64,000 nucleotides of DNA from a virus: IMG/VR virus record IMGVR_UViG_3300047369_000650, positions 96,001-160,000 of that record; one strand, written 5' to 3'. Position 1 is the stretch's first letter, and each line of letters begins with the position of its first letter. Made by a program: the position numbers and the translations under genes. Of the stretch, positions 48,840 through 57,402 are shown one piece after another. The notes beneath the pieces were generated by a model. That model saw only the letters and a list, made by a program, of their open reading frames with translations, did not search any database and was not told the origin of the DNA.

Positions 48840-49249
48840 GAGTAGGATTAACTGCTAGCACATTTGATTTATTGCATGCAGGTCACATAATGATGTTAAG
48901 AGAAGCTAAGTCACAATGTGATTGGCTTATTGCTGCTTTACAAGTAGATCCTAGCTATGATCGAAAAGAAAAAAATTCTCCTATTCAAACTATTGTTGAG
49001 AGACAAGCACAGCTTGAAGCAGTAAAATATGTTGATGAAGTTATTATATATTGTACAGAGGCAGATCTACTTGATATAATTAATATGTATCCAATTAATG
49101 TTAGAATACTAGGTGAAGAATATAGAACACAAAATTTTACAGGTAAAGATGAATGCCGTAATAGAGGCATTGACTTGTATTTTAATAAGCGTGATCATAG
49201 ATTTAGTTCAAGTGGATTAAGAAATCGTGTTTGTGACAATCATAAATAA
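48836..49249 (+). CDS. cytidylyltransferase (TagD / HIGH-motif nucleotidyltransferase)
   Basis: STFDLLHAGH, ER..QLEAVKYVDEV, RDHRFSSS. Confidence 0.88.
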   Translation: MRVGLTASTFDLLHAGHIMMLREAKSQCDWLIAALQVDPSYDRKEKNSPIQTIVERQAQLEAVKYVDEVIIYCTEADLLDIINMYPINVRILGEEYRTQNFTGKDECRNRGIDLYFNKRDHRFSSSGLRNRVCDNHK

Positions 49250-49252
49250 TAC

Positions 49253-49281
49253 TTTACAAATTGATCAAAATAGGATATAAT
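49253..49281 (+). promoter_or_regulatory. sigma70-type promoter
   Basis: TTTACA-17nt-TATAAT. Confidence 0.7.
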
Positions 49282-49287
49282 ATAAAA

Positions 49288-49581
49288 ATGATTTATGAAG
49301 AAAAAATTATTCAGTGGCACTATGATAGAAATCTTATTGAAGGTTCTACAGATAAAGATCAGTATATGAAACTTATTCAAGAAATGGGTGAACTATCAGA
49401 TAATATCTGTAAGGGTAAAGATATTAGAGATGACTGCGGAGATATTATGGTTGTTCTTATTAATATCATGGAAAGAAATAATATCAGTCTTGAAGAATGT
49501 CTTGAAGTAGCCTATAACGATATTAAGGACCGTAAAGGTAAGATGGTAGATGGTGTCTTCGTAAAAGAAGGTGATAGTTAA
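49288..49581 (+). CDS. MazG-like NTP pyrophosphohydrolase
   Basis: KLIQEMGEL...DDCGDIMVVL...AYNDIKDRKG. Confidence 0.85.
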   Translation: MIYEEKIIQWHYDRNLIEGSTDKDQYMKLIQEMGELSDNICKGKDIRDDCGDIMVVLINIMERNNISLEECLEVAYNDIKDRKGKMVDGVFVKEGDS

Positions 49582-50516
49582 TGCAACCAAAATATCCAAT
49601 TTATATTATCTCTAAGGGTAGAGCCGACTCACGGCTTACCTCTAAAACTCTTGATGAGATTAGAGTACCATATAAAATTGTTATTGAAGAAAGTGAGTTT
49701 GATGATTATAATAAAGGCATTTCAGCCGATAAGATTCTAACTCTACCGCCCGGATTTAGAGAAAATCCAAAGTATGCAATTCCAGATAATAAAGGTAGAA
49801 TCGGCGGTTCTATTCCAGCACGCAACTTTGTCTGGGATCATTCTATTAAAGAAGGTCATGAGCGTCATTGGATTATGGATGATAATATCAAACATTTCTA
49901 TAGACTGCATAAAAACCAAAAGACTAAAGTGACATCTGGTACAGTAATTAGATTGTGTGAAGACTTTACAGATCGCTATAAAAATGTTAAAATGTCTGGT
50001 ATGAACTATCAGTATTTTGCTCCAGCTTCTCAGAAGAAAAGACCATACACACTTAATACTAGAATTTATTCCTGTATTTTATTATCTAATGATATTAAAC
50101 ATAGATGGCGTGGTAAATATAATGAAGATACCGATCTGAGTTTAAATATTCTAAAAGATGATTGGTGTACAATTCTATTTAATGCCTTCTTGTGTGGTAA
50201 GATTACAACTCTTGTTATGGGTGGTGGTAATACAGATAATGTGTATGTGGATGGAGATAATCGTTTACAATTTGCACAAGCACTTGTAGAACAACATCCA
50301 GACTTGGTTAAAGTTGTTCAAAGATATAATAGATGGCATCACCACGTTGATTATAGCCCATTTAAAAAGAATAAACTTATTTATCGTGATGACTATGTAA
50401 TTAAAAGTGGTACTAATGAGTATGGTATGAAATTACATGCATTAACTATGGATCAATATAAAAAAGCAACAACAGAATTTGGAAATGCGGAGAACCCTTA
50501 TTATGAGCAAACCTAA
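49581..50516 (+). CDS. GT-A glycosyltransferase, TAGT/GREB1-like (copy 1)
   Basis: YPIYIISKGR, ARNFVWD, WIMDDNI, WRGKYNEDTDLSL, L.FNAF. Confidence 0.8.
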   Translation: MQPKYPIYIISKGRADSRLTSKTLDEIRVPYKIVIEESEFDDYNKGISADKILTLPPGFRENPKYAIPDNKGRIGGSIPARNFVWDHSIKEGHERHWIMDDNIKHFYRLHKNQKTKVTSGTVIRLCEDFTDRYKNVKMSGMNYQYFAPASQKKRPYTLNTRIYSCILLSNDIKHRWRGKYNEDTDLSLNILKDDWCTILFNAFLCGKITTLVMGGGNTDNVYVDGDNRLQFAQALVEQHPDLVKVVQRYNRWHHHVDYSPFKKNKLIYRDDYVIKSGTNEYGMKLHALTMDQYKKATTEFGNAENPYYEQT

Positions 50517-50784
50517 AGGCGCTAACTTATTTGTATTAGATGGACAAGAAGATGATCTTGACCCTATGGGCTGGGATGACATGCCAGAATTTGAACAAGA
50601 AAATCGTGAAGATTATGCTGCTATTGTGATGCGATTTAGAACAGAAGAAGATTTAAAAGAATTTGCACAAAAGATTGGTCAACCAAATCTTACTAGAAAA
50701 TCACGTGGTACATTCTACCCTGCTGTTGATTTTAATGAAGCTAATCTTCTACGTTGGATGGATGAAGATCAAATACAGAGTTAA
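50503..50784 (+). CDS. hypothetical protein adjacent to TAGT
   Basis: DMPEFEQE...RFRTEEDLKEFAQKIGQ..T.K...YP. Confidence 0.7.
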   Translation: MSKPKGANLFVLDGQEDDLDPMGWDDMPEFEQENREDYAAIVMRFRTEEDLKEFAQKIGQPNLTRKSRGTFYPAVDFNEANLLRWMDEDQIQS

Positions 50785-50786
50785 TT

Positions 50787-51725
50787 ATGGAAGTTTCTGC
50801 AACATTCTTTAAATCTATATATGATAATAAAACTCATAAGAACATGAGTTTTTCTGGCTTTCCTCAGTTTGAGGAATTTCTATATAAACTATCTGAAAGA
50901 AAATTAGAAGATAAAAAAGCTGCTCAGCTCATATCACCAGCAACTTATATTAAAGATACTACAAGAGCAAATAAAAATGTAGTTGACTGGGCTGGATGGG
51001 CAGCTATGGATGTAGATGACCATGAGTTTAAAGGAGATTTAAAAGATGATCTTATTCGTATCTATGGTAAGTACTATTTTGTTTGCTATAGTACTGCTAG
51101 CAGCAGAGAAAGTTTACCAAAGTTTCGTTTGGTCTTCCCACTTACAGAAAGAGTTAGAGGAGATAATATCAGACATTTTTGGTACGCACTCAACACAGAA
51201 CTCCAAGCAATCGGCGATGCGCAAACTAAGGATCTATCACGAATGTATTATATCCCTGGTTCGTACTCTGGCGCTTTCAACTTTATTTTTACTAATACTG
51301 GCGGTAGTTATATAAACCCTCGAGAGTTAATGGCGAGTCATTCATATCAAGAAAAAAAGACCGGTACGTTCTTAGATAGATTACCAACAGAGATGCAAAA
51401 ATCTATCATAGAATATCGTAAGAATAAAATGGAGAATACTGGTGTTAGTTGGTCTAACTATGAAGATTGTCCATTCGTAAATAAAAATCTTATCAGAGAT
51501 TTTAAGAATATAGCATATGTTGATAATACTGGAAGATATGCTATGGTTTATAAGATTATGGTTTCAATAGCAAGTAGTGCAATTAAAAAAGAATATCCTA
51601 TAAACACATTTGAGATTGTAGAACTAATTAAGCAACTAGATGCCGATACAGCTAAGAGATATGAGAATAGACCTCTTAATGTAGAAGCGGATCGTGCTAT
51701 AGAATATGCATACAGAAATATTTAA
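50787..51725 (+). CDS. AEP/prim-pol-like protein with helical C-terminal domain
   Basis: ISPATY, MDVDD, YSTASS, KFRLVFPL, D..TKDLSRMYYIP. Confidence 0.65.
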   Translation: MEVSATFFKSIYDNKTHKNMSFSGFPQFEEFLYKLSERKLEDKKAAQLISPATYIKDTTRANKNVVDWAGWAAMDVDDHEFKGDLKDDLIRIYGKYYFVCYSTASSRESLPKFRLVFPLTERVRGDNIRHFWYALNTELQAIGDAQTKDLSRMYYIPGSYSGAFNFIFTNTGGSYINPRELMASHSYQEKKTGTFLDRLPTEMQKSIIEYRKNKMENTGVSWSNYEDCPFVNKNLIRDFKNIAYVDNTGRYAMVYKIMVSIASSAIKKEYPINTFEIVELIKQLDADTAKRYENRPLNVEADRAIEYAYRNI

Positions 51726-51732
51726 AAAAAAT

Positions 51733-51795
51733 CATTTTAGGGGTTTACAAGTGATATGTTTTATGTTATGTTGTAAGAGTAAATAGAATCGGAGA
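51733..51795 (+). promoter_or_regulatory. early promoter cassette
   Basis: CATTTTAGGGG-TTTACA(51744)-17nt-TATGTT(51767)-GTAAGAGTAAATAGAATCGGAGA. Confidence 0.85.
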
Positions 51796-51801
51796 CTTCT
51801 T

Positions 51802-52083
51802 ATGGCTTACTATACTTACACAAAAGATCCTATCGGTTGTTTTGTTGAGAAAGATACCGGCAATTACTTTGAGTATTCACTTAACGATGAACCTATTTCA
51901 GGTTTTTCCGAAGACTTTCCCCATAAAGTTTGGGTAGGTGGCGGCGGTGTATGCGGCATGACGGGTTATAGATTTGCTCATGTTAAAAAGACTGTTGCTG
52001 TGATCGTTGTAGACGAAGACGAGTTTGGTCTTCCCGTTACTGAAAAGTGGTATGTTAAAAATCATAACCAATATGCACTTTAG
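51802..52083 (+). CDS. hypothetical early protein
   Basis: Own early promoter and GGAG RBS. Confidence 0.75.
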   Translation: MAYYTYTKDPIGCFVEKDTGNYFEYSLNDEPISGFSEDFPHKVWVGGGGVCGMTGYRFAHVKKTVAVIVVDEDEFGLPVTEKWYVKNHNQYAL

Positions 52084-52115
52084 GGATTTACAAACTCCTA
52101 AAAATATGGTATGTT
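52081..52115 (+). promoter_or_regulatory. early promoter cassette
   Basis: TAGGGA-TTTACA(52087)-17nt-TATGTT(52110). Confidence 0.75.
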
Positions 52116-52147
52116 GATTATATAAAGAGAATCCGAAAGGAACTAAA

Positions 52148-52657
52148 ATGTTTAACGTTGCTACAAATCTTACAAAAGTTGGAACTTACCTCGGATATTT
52201 TACAATTCAAGAGCATACAACAAACGTAAATAATAATAAGCCTTCTCGTACTTATGAAAAGCTTGTATTTACAAAAGCCGATGGTATGGAGACTCGTGAT
52301 TTTAAAGCTATGGGTGATATTGTATACGGTATGTATGTTAACGGCAATCTTGTTAAGATTGGCAAAGCGGGTTCAACAAACGGTTGGGCTGGACGTATCG
52401 GTACCTACGGTGTTGATCCAAAAGGCGAAGCAACTAATCGTAAAATTATTACACATCTAAAAGAAGATTTTACATATGAAACACGTGTAGAAGTATATGG
52501 GATTTCAGTTCCTCGTATTCACTCAGAATATTTCTGCCCAGTAACGCGTGAAACAGTTTCTATTGAACTTCCACAGAACCATCAAGTAGAAACTCATTTA
52601 ACTATTGAAGCAGAAGCAGAAGGCGAAGATCTGATATTCTGCACACAGAAAGTTTAA
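52148..52657 (+). CDS. GIY-YIG nuclease resembling T4 endonuclease II (DenA)
   Basis: IVYGMYVNGNLVKIGK..RIGTY..TNRKII..LKE..VEVYG parallels DenA VIYAIAINDELVYIGK..RINYY..LKEG.KVEFYA. Confidence 0.6.
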   Translation: MFNVATNLTKVGTYLGYFTIQEHTTNVNNNKPSRTYEKLVFTKADGMETRDFKAMGDIVYGMYVNGNLVKIGKAGSTNGWAGRIGTYGVDPKGEATNRKIITHLKEDFTYETRVEVYGISVPRIHSEYFCPVTRETVSIELPQNHQVETHLTIEAEAEGEDLIFCTQKV

Positions 52658-52659
52658 TT

Positions 52660-53025
52660 ATGGCTAAAGTAGTATATGGTACAGATATATATGGAGATGA
52701 TGTAAAGCTTTATGATTATAAAGATACACCTTCATGCGAAATCTGTAATAATAAATTCAGAGGTGGCACCATTGATAAAAAAGGTAGTAGAAAAACCGAT
52801 TTGCTTACCGATGTTGAAAAGGCTATTAGAAATAAACAAAGACACAGCTATGGTCATTTGCGTAAAATTACAGTCGATAAAATCTTAATGGGTCACATGA
52901 AACAACCAAGACCATCTGGATTAAAACCTAATCAAGTCTTTGCGTGTGAATGTTGTTATAATGTACATATAAGTACGATAAGAATGTTAAAAGAAAAAGA
53001 ATTAAATACATTACCGGGTCTTTAA
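52660..53025 (+). CDS. Zn-binding hypothetical protein (HNH-like possible)
   Basis: CEIC ... ACECCYNVH. Confidence 0.55.
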   Translation: MAKVVYGTDIYGDDVKLYDYKDTPSCEICNNKFRGGTIDKKGSRKTDLLTDVEKAIRNKQRHSYGHLRKITVDKILMGHMKQPRPSGLKPNQVFACECCYNVHISTIRMLKEKELNTLPGL

Positions 53026-53052
53026 TTCCTAAAACAAATAAATGGTTAGGTG

Positions 53053-53889
53053 ATGAGTAAAGAAAAATTTTATAATTTTTTTAATGATTTCTATAAAGAA
53101 GAAATTATTAACGTTGTAAAGTATCCAATATATATTCCTTCTAAGGGAAGGCCTACCTGTGTCACAGCTAAAGTTTTAGAAGAAAGTGGGCTCAACTATT
53201 TAATTGTAGTTGAGCCTCAAGACTATGAACAATACTCTATTTATCATAAACATGATAAGATGATCTGCTTAGAAAAAGACAATCAAGGAATACCATATGT
53301 AAGAAACTTTTGTAAAGAACATTCTGATGCAAAATATCATTGGCAGTTTGATGATAATATAAGATCGTTTAAAGTAAGAAAAGATGATAAGAACATAAAA
53401 GAGGATCCATCTAAACTAATATCCATAATAGAAACTTTTACGAATCATTTTGAAAATATCGGCATATCTGGATTTTCTCATGATATTTTTGCTTGGACTA
53501 AAAAGTATCCTATAGATATAAACAAACAATGCTATAGTGGTGTTCTTGTTAATAATAATATTAATATAAAATGGAGAGATAATGTCGTAGAGGATACAGA
53601 TTATTCTTTACAAGTATTATCAAAAGAATATTGTACATTGCTATTTAATACGCTGTTAATAGTTAAAGAAGCCACAAAAAAAGGTAACGGTGGTAATGAT
53701 AATTCCGACAGTTGGCGACTAAATAGATCGTTAGGATTACAAAATTATTGGCCAGAAGCAAACTTTAAAATAACTCGAGAGTACGGTAGGGTTAAGATAA
53801 AACCTTCTCAAATATGGAAAAAGTTTACTCATATGCCTAAAGGTTCTAATATAGATTTTAATGATAATGATTTATCCGAATTTTTTTAG
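53053..53889 (+). CDS. GT-A glycosyltransferase, TAGT/GREB1-like (copy 2) with C-terminal clamp-type motif
   Basis: YPIYIPSKGR, VVEPQDYEQY, VRNFCKE, WQFDDNI, WR...EDTDYSL; ends DLSEFF. Confidence 0.8.
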   Translation: MSKEKFYNFFNDFYKEEIINVVKYPIYIPSKGRPTCVTAKVLEESGLNYLIVVEPQDYEQYSIYHKHDKMICLEKDNQGIPYVRNFCKEHSDAKYHWQFDDNIRSFKVRKDDKNIKEDPSKLISIIETFTNHFENIGISGFSHDIFAWTKKYPIDINKQCYSGVLVNNNINIKWRDNVVEDTDYSLQVLSKEYCTLLFNTLLIVKEATKKGNGGNDNSDSWRLNRSLGLQNYWPEANFKITREYGRVKIKPSQIWKKFTHMPKGSNIDFNDNDLSEFF

Positions 53890-53918
53890 TTTACAATACC
53901 TCTATAATAGTGTATAAT
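53890..53918 (+). promoter_or_regulatory. sigma70-type promoter
   Basis: TTTACA-17nt-TATAAT. Confidence 0.8.
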
Positions 53919-53941
53919 AGAGATATAAAGGAGAATAAAAT

Positions 53942-54898
53942 ATGTCACATATAACAGTAACTGGCGGCGCCGGTTTTATTGCTTACCATCTTATACAAAA
54001 GCTAGTTGACGAAGGTCATACTGTAACAGCATTTGATAACTTTAATGATTACTATGATGTTGATCTAAAAGAAGATAGAGCAAACAATTTAAAGAATCTT
54101 GGTGTTGAAGTGCACCGTCTTGATCTAAAATCAAAAGAACCTTTACGTTTTTTTCTTGCTGCTCATAAACCTGATGCCGTTATTCATTTAGCTGCATATG
54201 CAGGTGTACGACACTCGTTAGAAGAACCACAAACATATATTGATAATAATGTTACTGGTACTCAAAATCTAATCGAAGCTTGTGTGGATGCTAATGTTGA
54301 AAACGTAATATATGCATCAACATCATGTACTATGGCTGGTAATGAATTACCCTGGAAAGAAGATGAGAAATGTGGTTATCAATTAAATCCATATGGCTAT
54401 ACTAAATTTACTAATGAAGCACAGTTTATGTCTAGTTCAATTATCAGGACAGTTGGGCTCCGTTTCTTTACTGTTTACGGTCCTTGGGGTCGCCCTGATA
54501 TGGCACTCTTTGATTTTACTAAAAATATTGTTGCTGGTAAGGAAATTGAACTATTTAACTATGGCGATATGATTCGTGACTTTACATATGTTGATGATAT
54601 TGTAAACGGTATTGTTATTGTTTTAAATCAATCTTTATCTCAAACTGAAGAATTTAATGAAATATATAACATTGGTTGTGGAGAACAAGTAAAGCTAGTT
54701 GATTTCGTTGATCACATTGAAAATAATCTTGACCGTAAAGCTAAACGTAAACTTGTGCCAATACACCCAGCTGATACTCAAGCTACTTGGTCTGATACAA
54801 CTAAACTACAAAAACTTGGTTATAAACCTACAGTTTCAATTGCCGAAGGTGTGGAAAAATTTATTTCTTGGTATAAACTATATTATGGAGTAAACTAA
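53942..54898 (+). CDS. NAD-dependent epimerase, UDP-glucuronate 4-epimerase-like
   Basis: TGGAGFIA, HLAAYAGVRHSL, YGYTK, RFFTVYGPWGRPDMA, RDFTYVDDIV. Confidence 0.9.
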   Translation: MSHITVTGGAGFIAYHLIQKLVDEGHTVTAFDNFNDYYDVDLKEDRANNLKNLGVEVHRLDLKSKEPLRFFLAAHKPDAVIHLAAYAGVRHSLEEPQTYIDNNVTGTQNLIEACVDANVENVIYASTSCTMAGNELPWKEDEKCGYQLNPYGYTKFTNEAQFMSSSIIRTVGLRFFTVYGPWGRPDMALFDFTKNIVAGKEIELFNYGDMIRDFTYVDDIVNGIVIVLNQSLSQTEEFNEIYNIGCGEQVKLVDFVDHIENNLDRKAKRKLVPIHPADTQATWSDTTKLQKLGYKPTVSIAEGVEKFISWYKLYYGVN

Positions 54899-55023
54899 TG
54901 CTTTACAAAACCGTTGCATTATATTATAATATATCAGTAGAAGAATTAATTAATAGGCTTGTAAATAATGGCGAGCCTCTTATATGCAAATATTACAAGG
55001 AAGTTTATCCCGATGGGTTCTAA
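54898..55023 (+). CDS. 41-aa hypothetical peptide (not in ORF track)
   Basis: TAATG-coupled; contains a TTTACA-17-TATAAT promoter (54902-54930), so may be non-coding. Confidence 0.4.
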   Translation: MLYKTVALYYNISVEELINRLVNNGEPLICKYYKEVYPDGF

Positions 55024-55852
55024 ATTAAAGATTGCAATTGTTGGACATGGTTTTGTCGGTAAAGCTATTGATCACGGTTTTAATGATTATAACTGTACCA
55101 AAATCATCATTGATCCTAAATATGGAAATAGTGTCGATAGTATTAAATCACTAGATGTAGATGTTTCTTTTGTGGCTGTTCCAACCCCTATGGGTAAAGA
55201 TGGTGAGATTGATTCATCTATTGTGGTAGAAACTGTAAAAAAACTTAAACAACGGCGTAGTGGCATTATAGTAATTAAATCCACAGTAACACCTGATATT
55301 ATTAAATCTCTTACTAGAGGAGGTGGCACAAGTTCAAGAGTTGTCTATAACCCAGAATTCCTAACAGAAGTTAATGCTAATTCTGATTTTATAAATCCTG
55401 ATATGCATGTGTTTGGTGGACATAAAGAAACTACACTACGATTAGAAGAAATCTATAAAGAATATAGTTTATGCAAACCATGTCCAGCCTTTCATATGTC
55501 TGCTACAGAAGCCAGCTTTGTTAAGTATGGTCTTAACTGTTTTCTTGCTACCAAAGTTTTATGGTTTAATCAATTCTATGATGTGGTAGAAAAGTTTGGT
55601 GGAAATTTCGGTCATATAGTAAATGCTATTGGTACAGATCCACGTATTGGTACATCACATACTAGAGCGCCAGGCTTTGATGGTAAACGCGGCTATGGTG
55701 GTGCTTGTTTCCCAAAAGATACATCCGCATTTAATACTTTTTCAAACCAAGAGTTTAGCGTTTTAAACGAGGTTATTCGTGTAAATAATGAATATAGAAA
55801 AGAGTATGAAAAAGATTCTCGTGAGCTAGAGCAAAACGTAAGCTATGCTTGA
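55013..55852 (+). CDS. UDP-glucose/GDP-mannose 6-dehydrogenase family (C-terminal domain absent)
   Basis: IVGHGFVG, VPTP, IKSTV.P, YNPEFL, K...N.FLA.K, GYGGACFPKD (catalytic Cys). Confidence 0.9.
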   Translation: MGSKLKIAIVGHGFVGKAIDHGFNDYNCTKIIIDPKYGNSVDSIKSLDVDVSFVAVPTPMGKDGEIDSSIVVETVKKLKQRRSGIIVIKSTVTPDIIKSLTRGGGTSSRVVYNPEFLTEVNANSDFINPDMHVFGGHKETTLRLEEIYKEYSLCKPCPAFHMSATEASFVKYGLNCFLATKVLWFNQFYDVVEKFGGNFGHIVNAIGTDPRIGTSHTRAPGFDGKRGYGGACFPKDTSAFNTFSNQEFSVLNEVIRVNNEYRKEYEKDSRELEQNVSYA

Positions 55853-55994
55853 ATTATTAATATATGCTATTTGTATATATCTGATAATAATATTACTACA
55901 GATTTTATTTAAACCACTAATTGCAATATTAGTAATTTTTATTACACTATTTTTATTAGAAAAATATGATATTTTTTATATACATCTATTGTAA
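55845..55994 (+). CDS. 49-aa very hydrophobic 2-TM peptide (not in ORF track)
   Basis: ATG overlaps the upstream stop; MLELLIYAICIYLIIILLQILFKPLIAILVIFITLFLLEKYDIFYIHLL. Confidence 0.45.
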   Translation: MLELLIYAICIYLIIILLQILFKPLIAILVIFITLFLLEKYDIFYIHLL

Positions 55995-56007
55995 TTTGGT
56001 TTATAAT
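55979..56007 (+). promoter_or_regulatory. sigma70-type promoter of uvsX
   Basis: TATACA-17nt-TATAAT; near-copy of the gp55 promoter. Confidence 0.7.
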
Positions 56008-56039
56008 ATATAAATTAATACTATACAGAGGAGTATTGT

Positions 56040-57086
56040 ATGTCAATTATGGACAAACTCAAGAAGAATTCAAAACTATCCCACACATCGATTCTTTCTG
56101 AGTCTAAATTTTTTACTGAAAAAGATATGGTTCCAACAGATGTCCCTATGATTAATGTTGCACTATCTGGTTCGGTAGATGGTGGGTTAGCCCCAGGTCT
56201 TACAGTTCTTGCGGGACCTTCTAAACACTTTAAAACTTCCTTTGCCTTACTTATGGCAGCTGCCTATTTAAAGGCATATCCAGATGCAGTAATGCTATTC
56301 TATGATTCAGAGTTTGGATCACCTCAGAGTTATTTTGAACAATTCGGTGTTGATACATCTCGTGTTCTTCATACACCAATTACTAATGTTGAAGAATTAA
56401 AATTTGACTTAATTGGTCAACTAGAAGAATTAGATAGAAACGATAAAGTTGTAGTTGTTATTGATTCTATTGGTAACTTAGCATCAAAGAAAGAATTAGA
56501 AGACGCTAAGAATGAAAAGTCTGTAGCAGATATGTCTCGTGCAAAAGCACTTAAAGGCTTATTCCGTATGAGTACACCATATCTTGCTATGAAGAATATT
56601 CCACTTATTGCAGTAAATCATACATATCAAGAGATTGGTTTATTTCCTAAAGCTATTGTATCTGGCGGAACTGGTATATACTATAGTGCAGATAATATTT
56701 GGATTATTGGTCGCCAACAAGATAAGAAAGGTACCGAGATTCAAGGTTATCACTTTGTGATTAATGTGGAGAAATCACGATATGTTAAAGAAAAGTCAAA
56801 GATTCCTATTACTGTGTCTTGGGAAGGTGGTGTCAAGTCTTATTCTGGCTTGCTCGATTGTGCTCTTGCTGGTGGTTATGCTGTTAAGCCTTCCAATGGC
56901 TGGTATGCTACTGTTGATCAATCTTCTGGAGAAGTTGGACCTAAAGTTCGGTACGATGGAACTCTTGATAAGTCCTTCTGGGATCCGATCTTTGCTGAAA
57001 CGGATTTTAAAGATTTCCTAAAGAAGCAATATAGCATCGGTCATCAGTCTCTTGTTGAAATGGATGAAATTGTGGTTGAAGAGTAA
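56040..57086 (+). CDS. uvsX: RecA-like recombinase UvsX
   Basis: AGPSKHFKT, YDSEFG, IDSIGNLAS, VNHTY, SGGTG..YSAD. Confidence 0.96.
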   Translation: MSIMDKLKKNSKLSHTSILSESKFFTEKDMVPTDVPMINVALSGSVDGGLAPGLTVLAGPSKHFKTSFALLMAAAYLKAYPDAVMLFYDSEFGSPQSYFEQFGVDTSRVLHTPITNVEELKFDLIGQLEELDRNDKVVVVIDSIGNLASKKELEDAKNEKSVADMSRAKALKGLFRMSTPYLAMKNIPLIAVNHTYQEIGLFPKAIVSGGTGIYYSADNIWIIGRQQDKKGTEIQGYHFVINVEKSRYVKEKSKIPITVSWEGGVKSYSGLLDCALAGGYAVKPSNGWYATVDQSSGEVGPKVRYDGTLDKSFWDPIFAETDFKDFLKKQYSIGHQSLVEMDEIVVEE

Positions 57087-57400
57087 TGGGCAAGTATGTA
57101 GAAAATAAAGATTACGAACTAATATCAGATGAAAATATTAATGAAGTATGGAATGTTAGAATACTTGAAGGAGAGTTTAACGAGGTTGTAATTCGTTACG
57201 GTTCTATTCGTGTTGATGGTAAGACTCCAGAAAATGACGAAGAACTGGATTTACATTTTGACTTTGAAGTTATCTCAGCACCAGATGAAGACCTTACGGC
57301 AGAAGATATTGGTTTACAATTAGCTGCGGGTGATTTATTATATAGTATATTAGAATCTTCCATAGAAAACAAAGAAGAAATCCATTTAAAAGAGGTGTAA
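57086..57400 (+). CDS. hypothetical protein (T4 gp40 position)
   Basis: WNVRILEGEFNEVVIRYG; between uvsX and gp41. Confidence 0.65.
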   Translation: MGKYVENKDYELISDENINEVWNVRILEGEFNEVVIRYGSIRVDGKTPENDEELDLHFDFEVISAPDEDLTAEDIGLQLAAGDLLYSILESSIENKEEIHLKEV

Positions 57401-57402
57401 AT

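Noticed and set aside
57086-57400. T4 gp40 orthologue
   Set aside because: The position fits, but I see no sequence similarity to T4 gp40; left as hypothetical.
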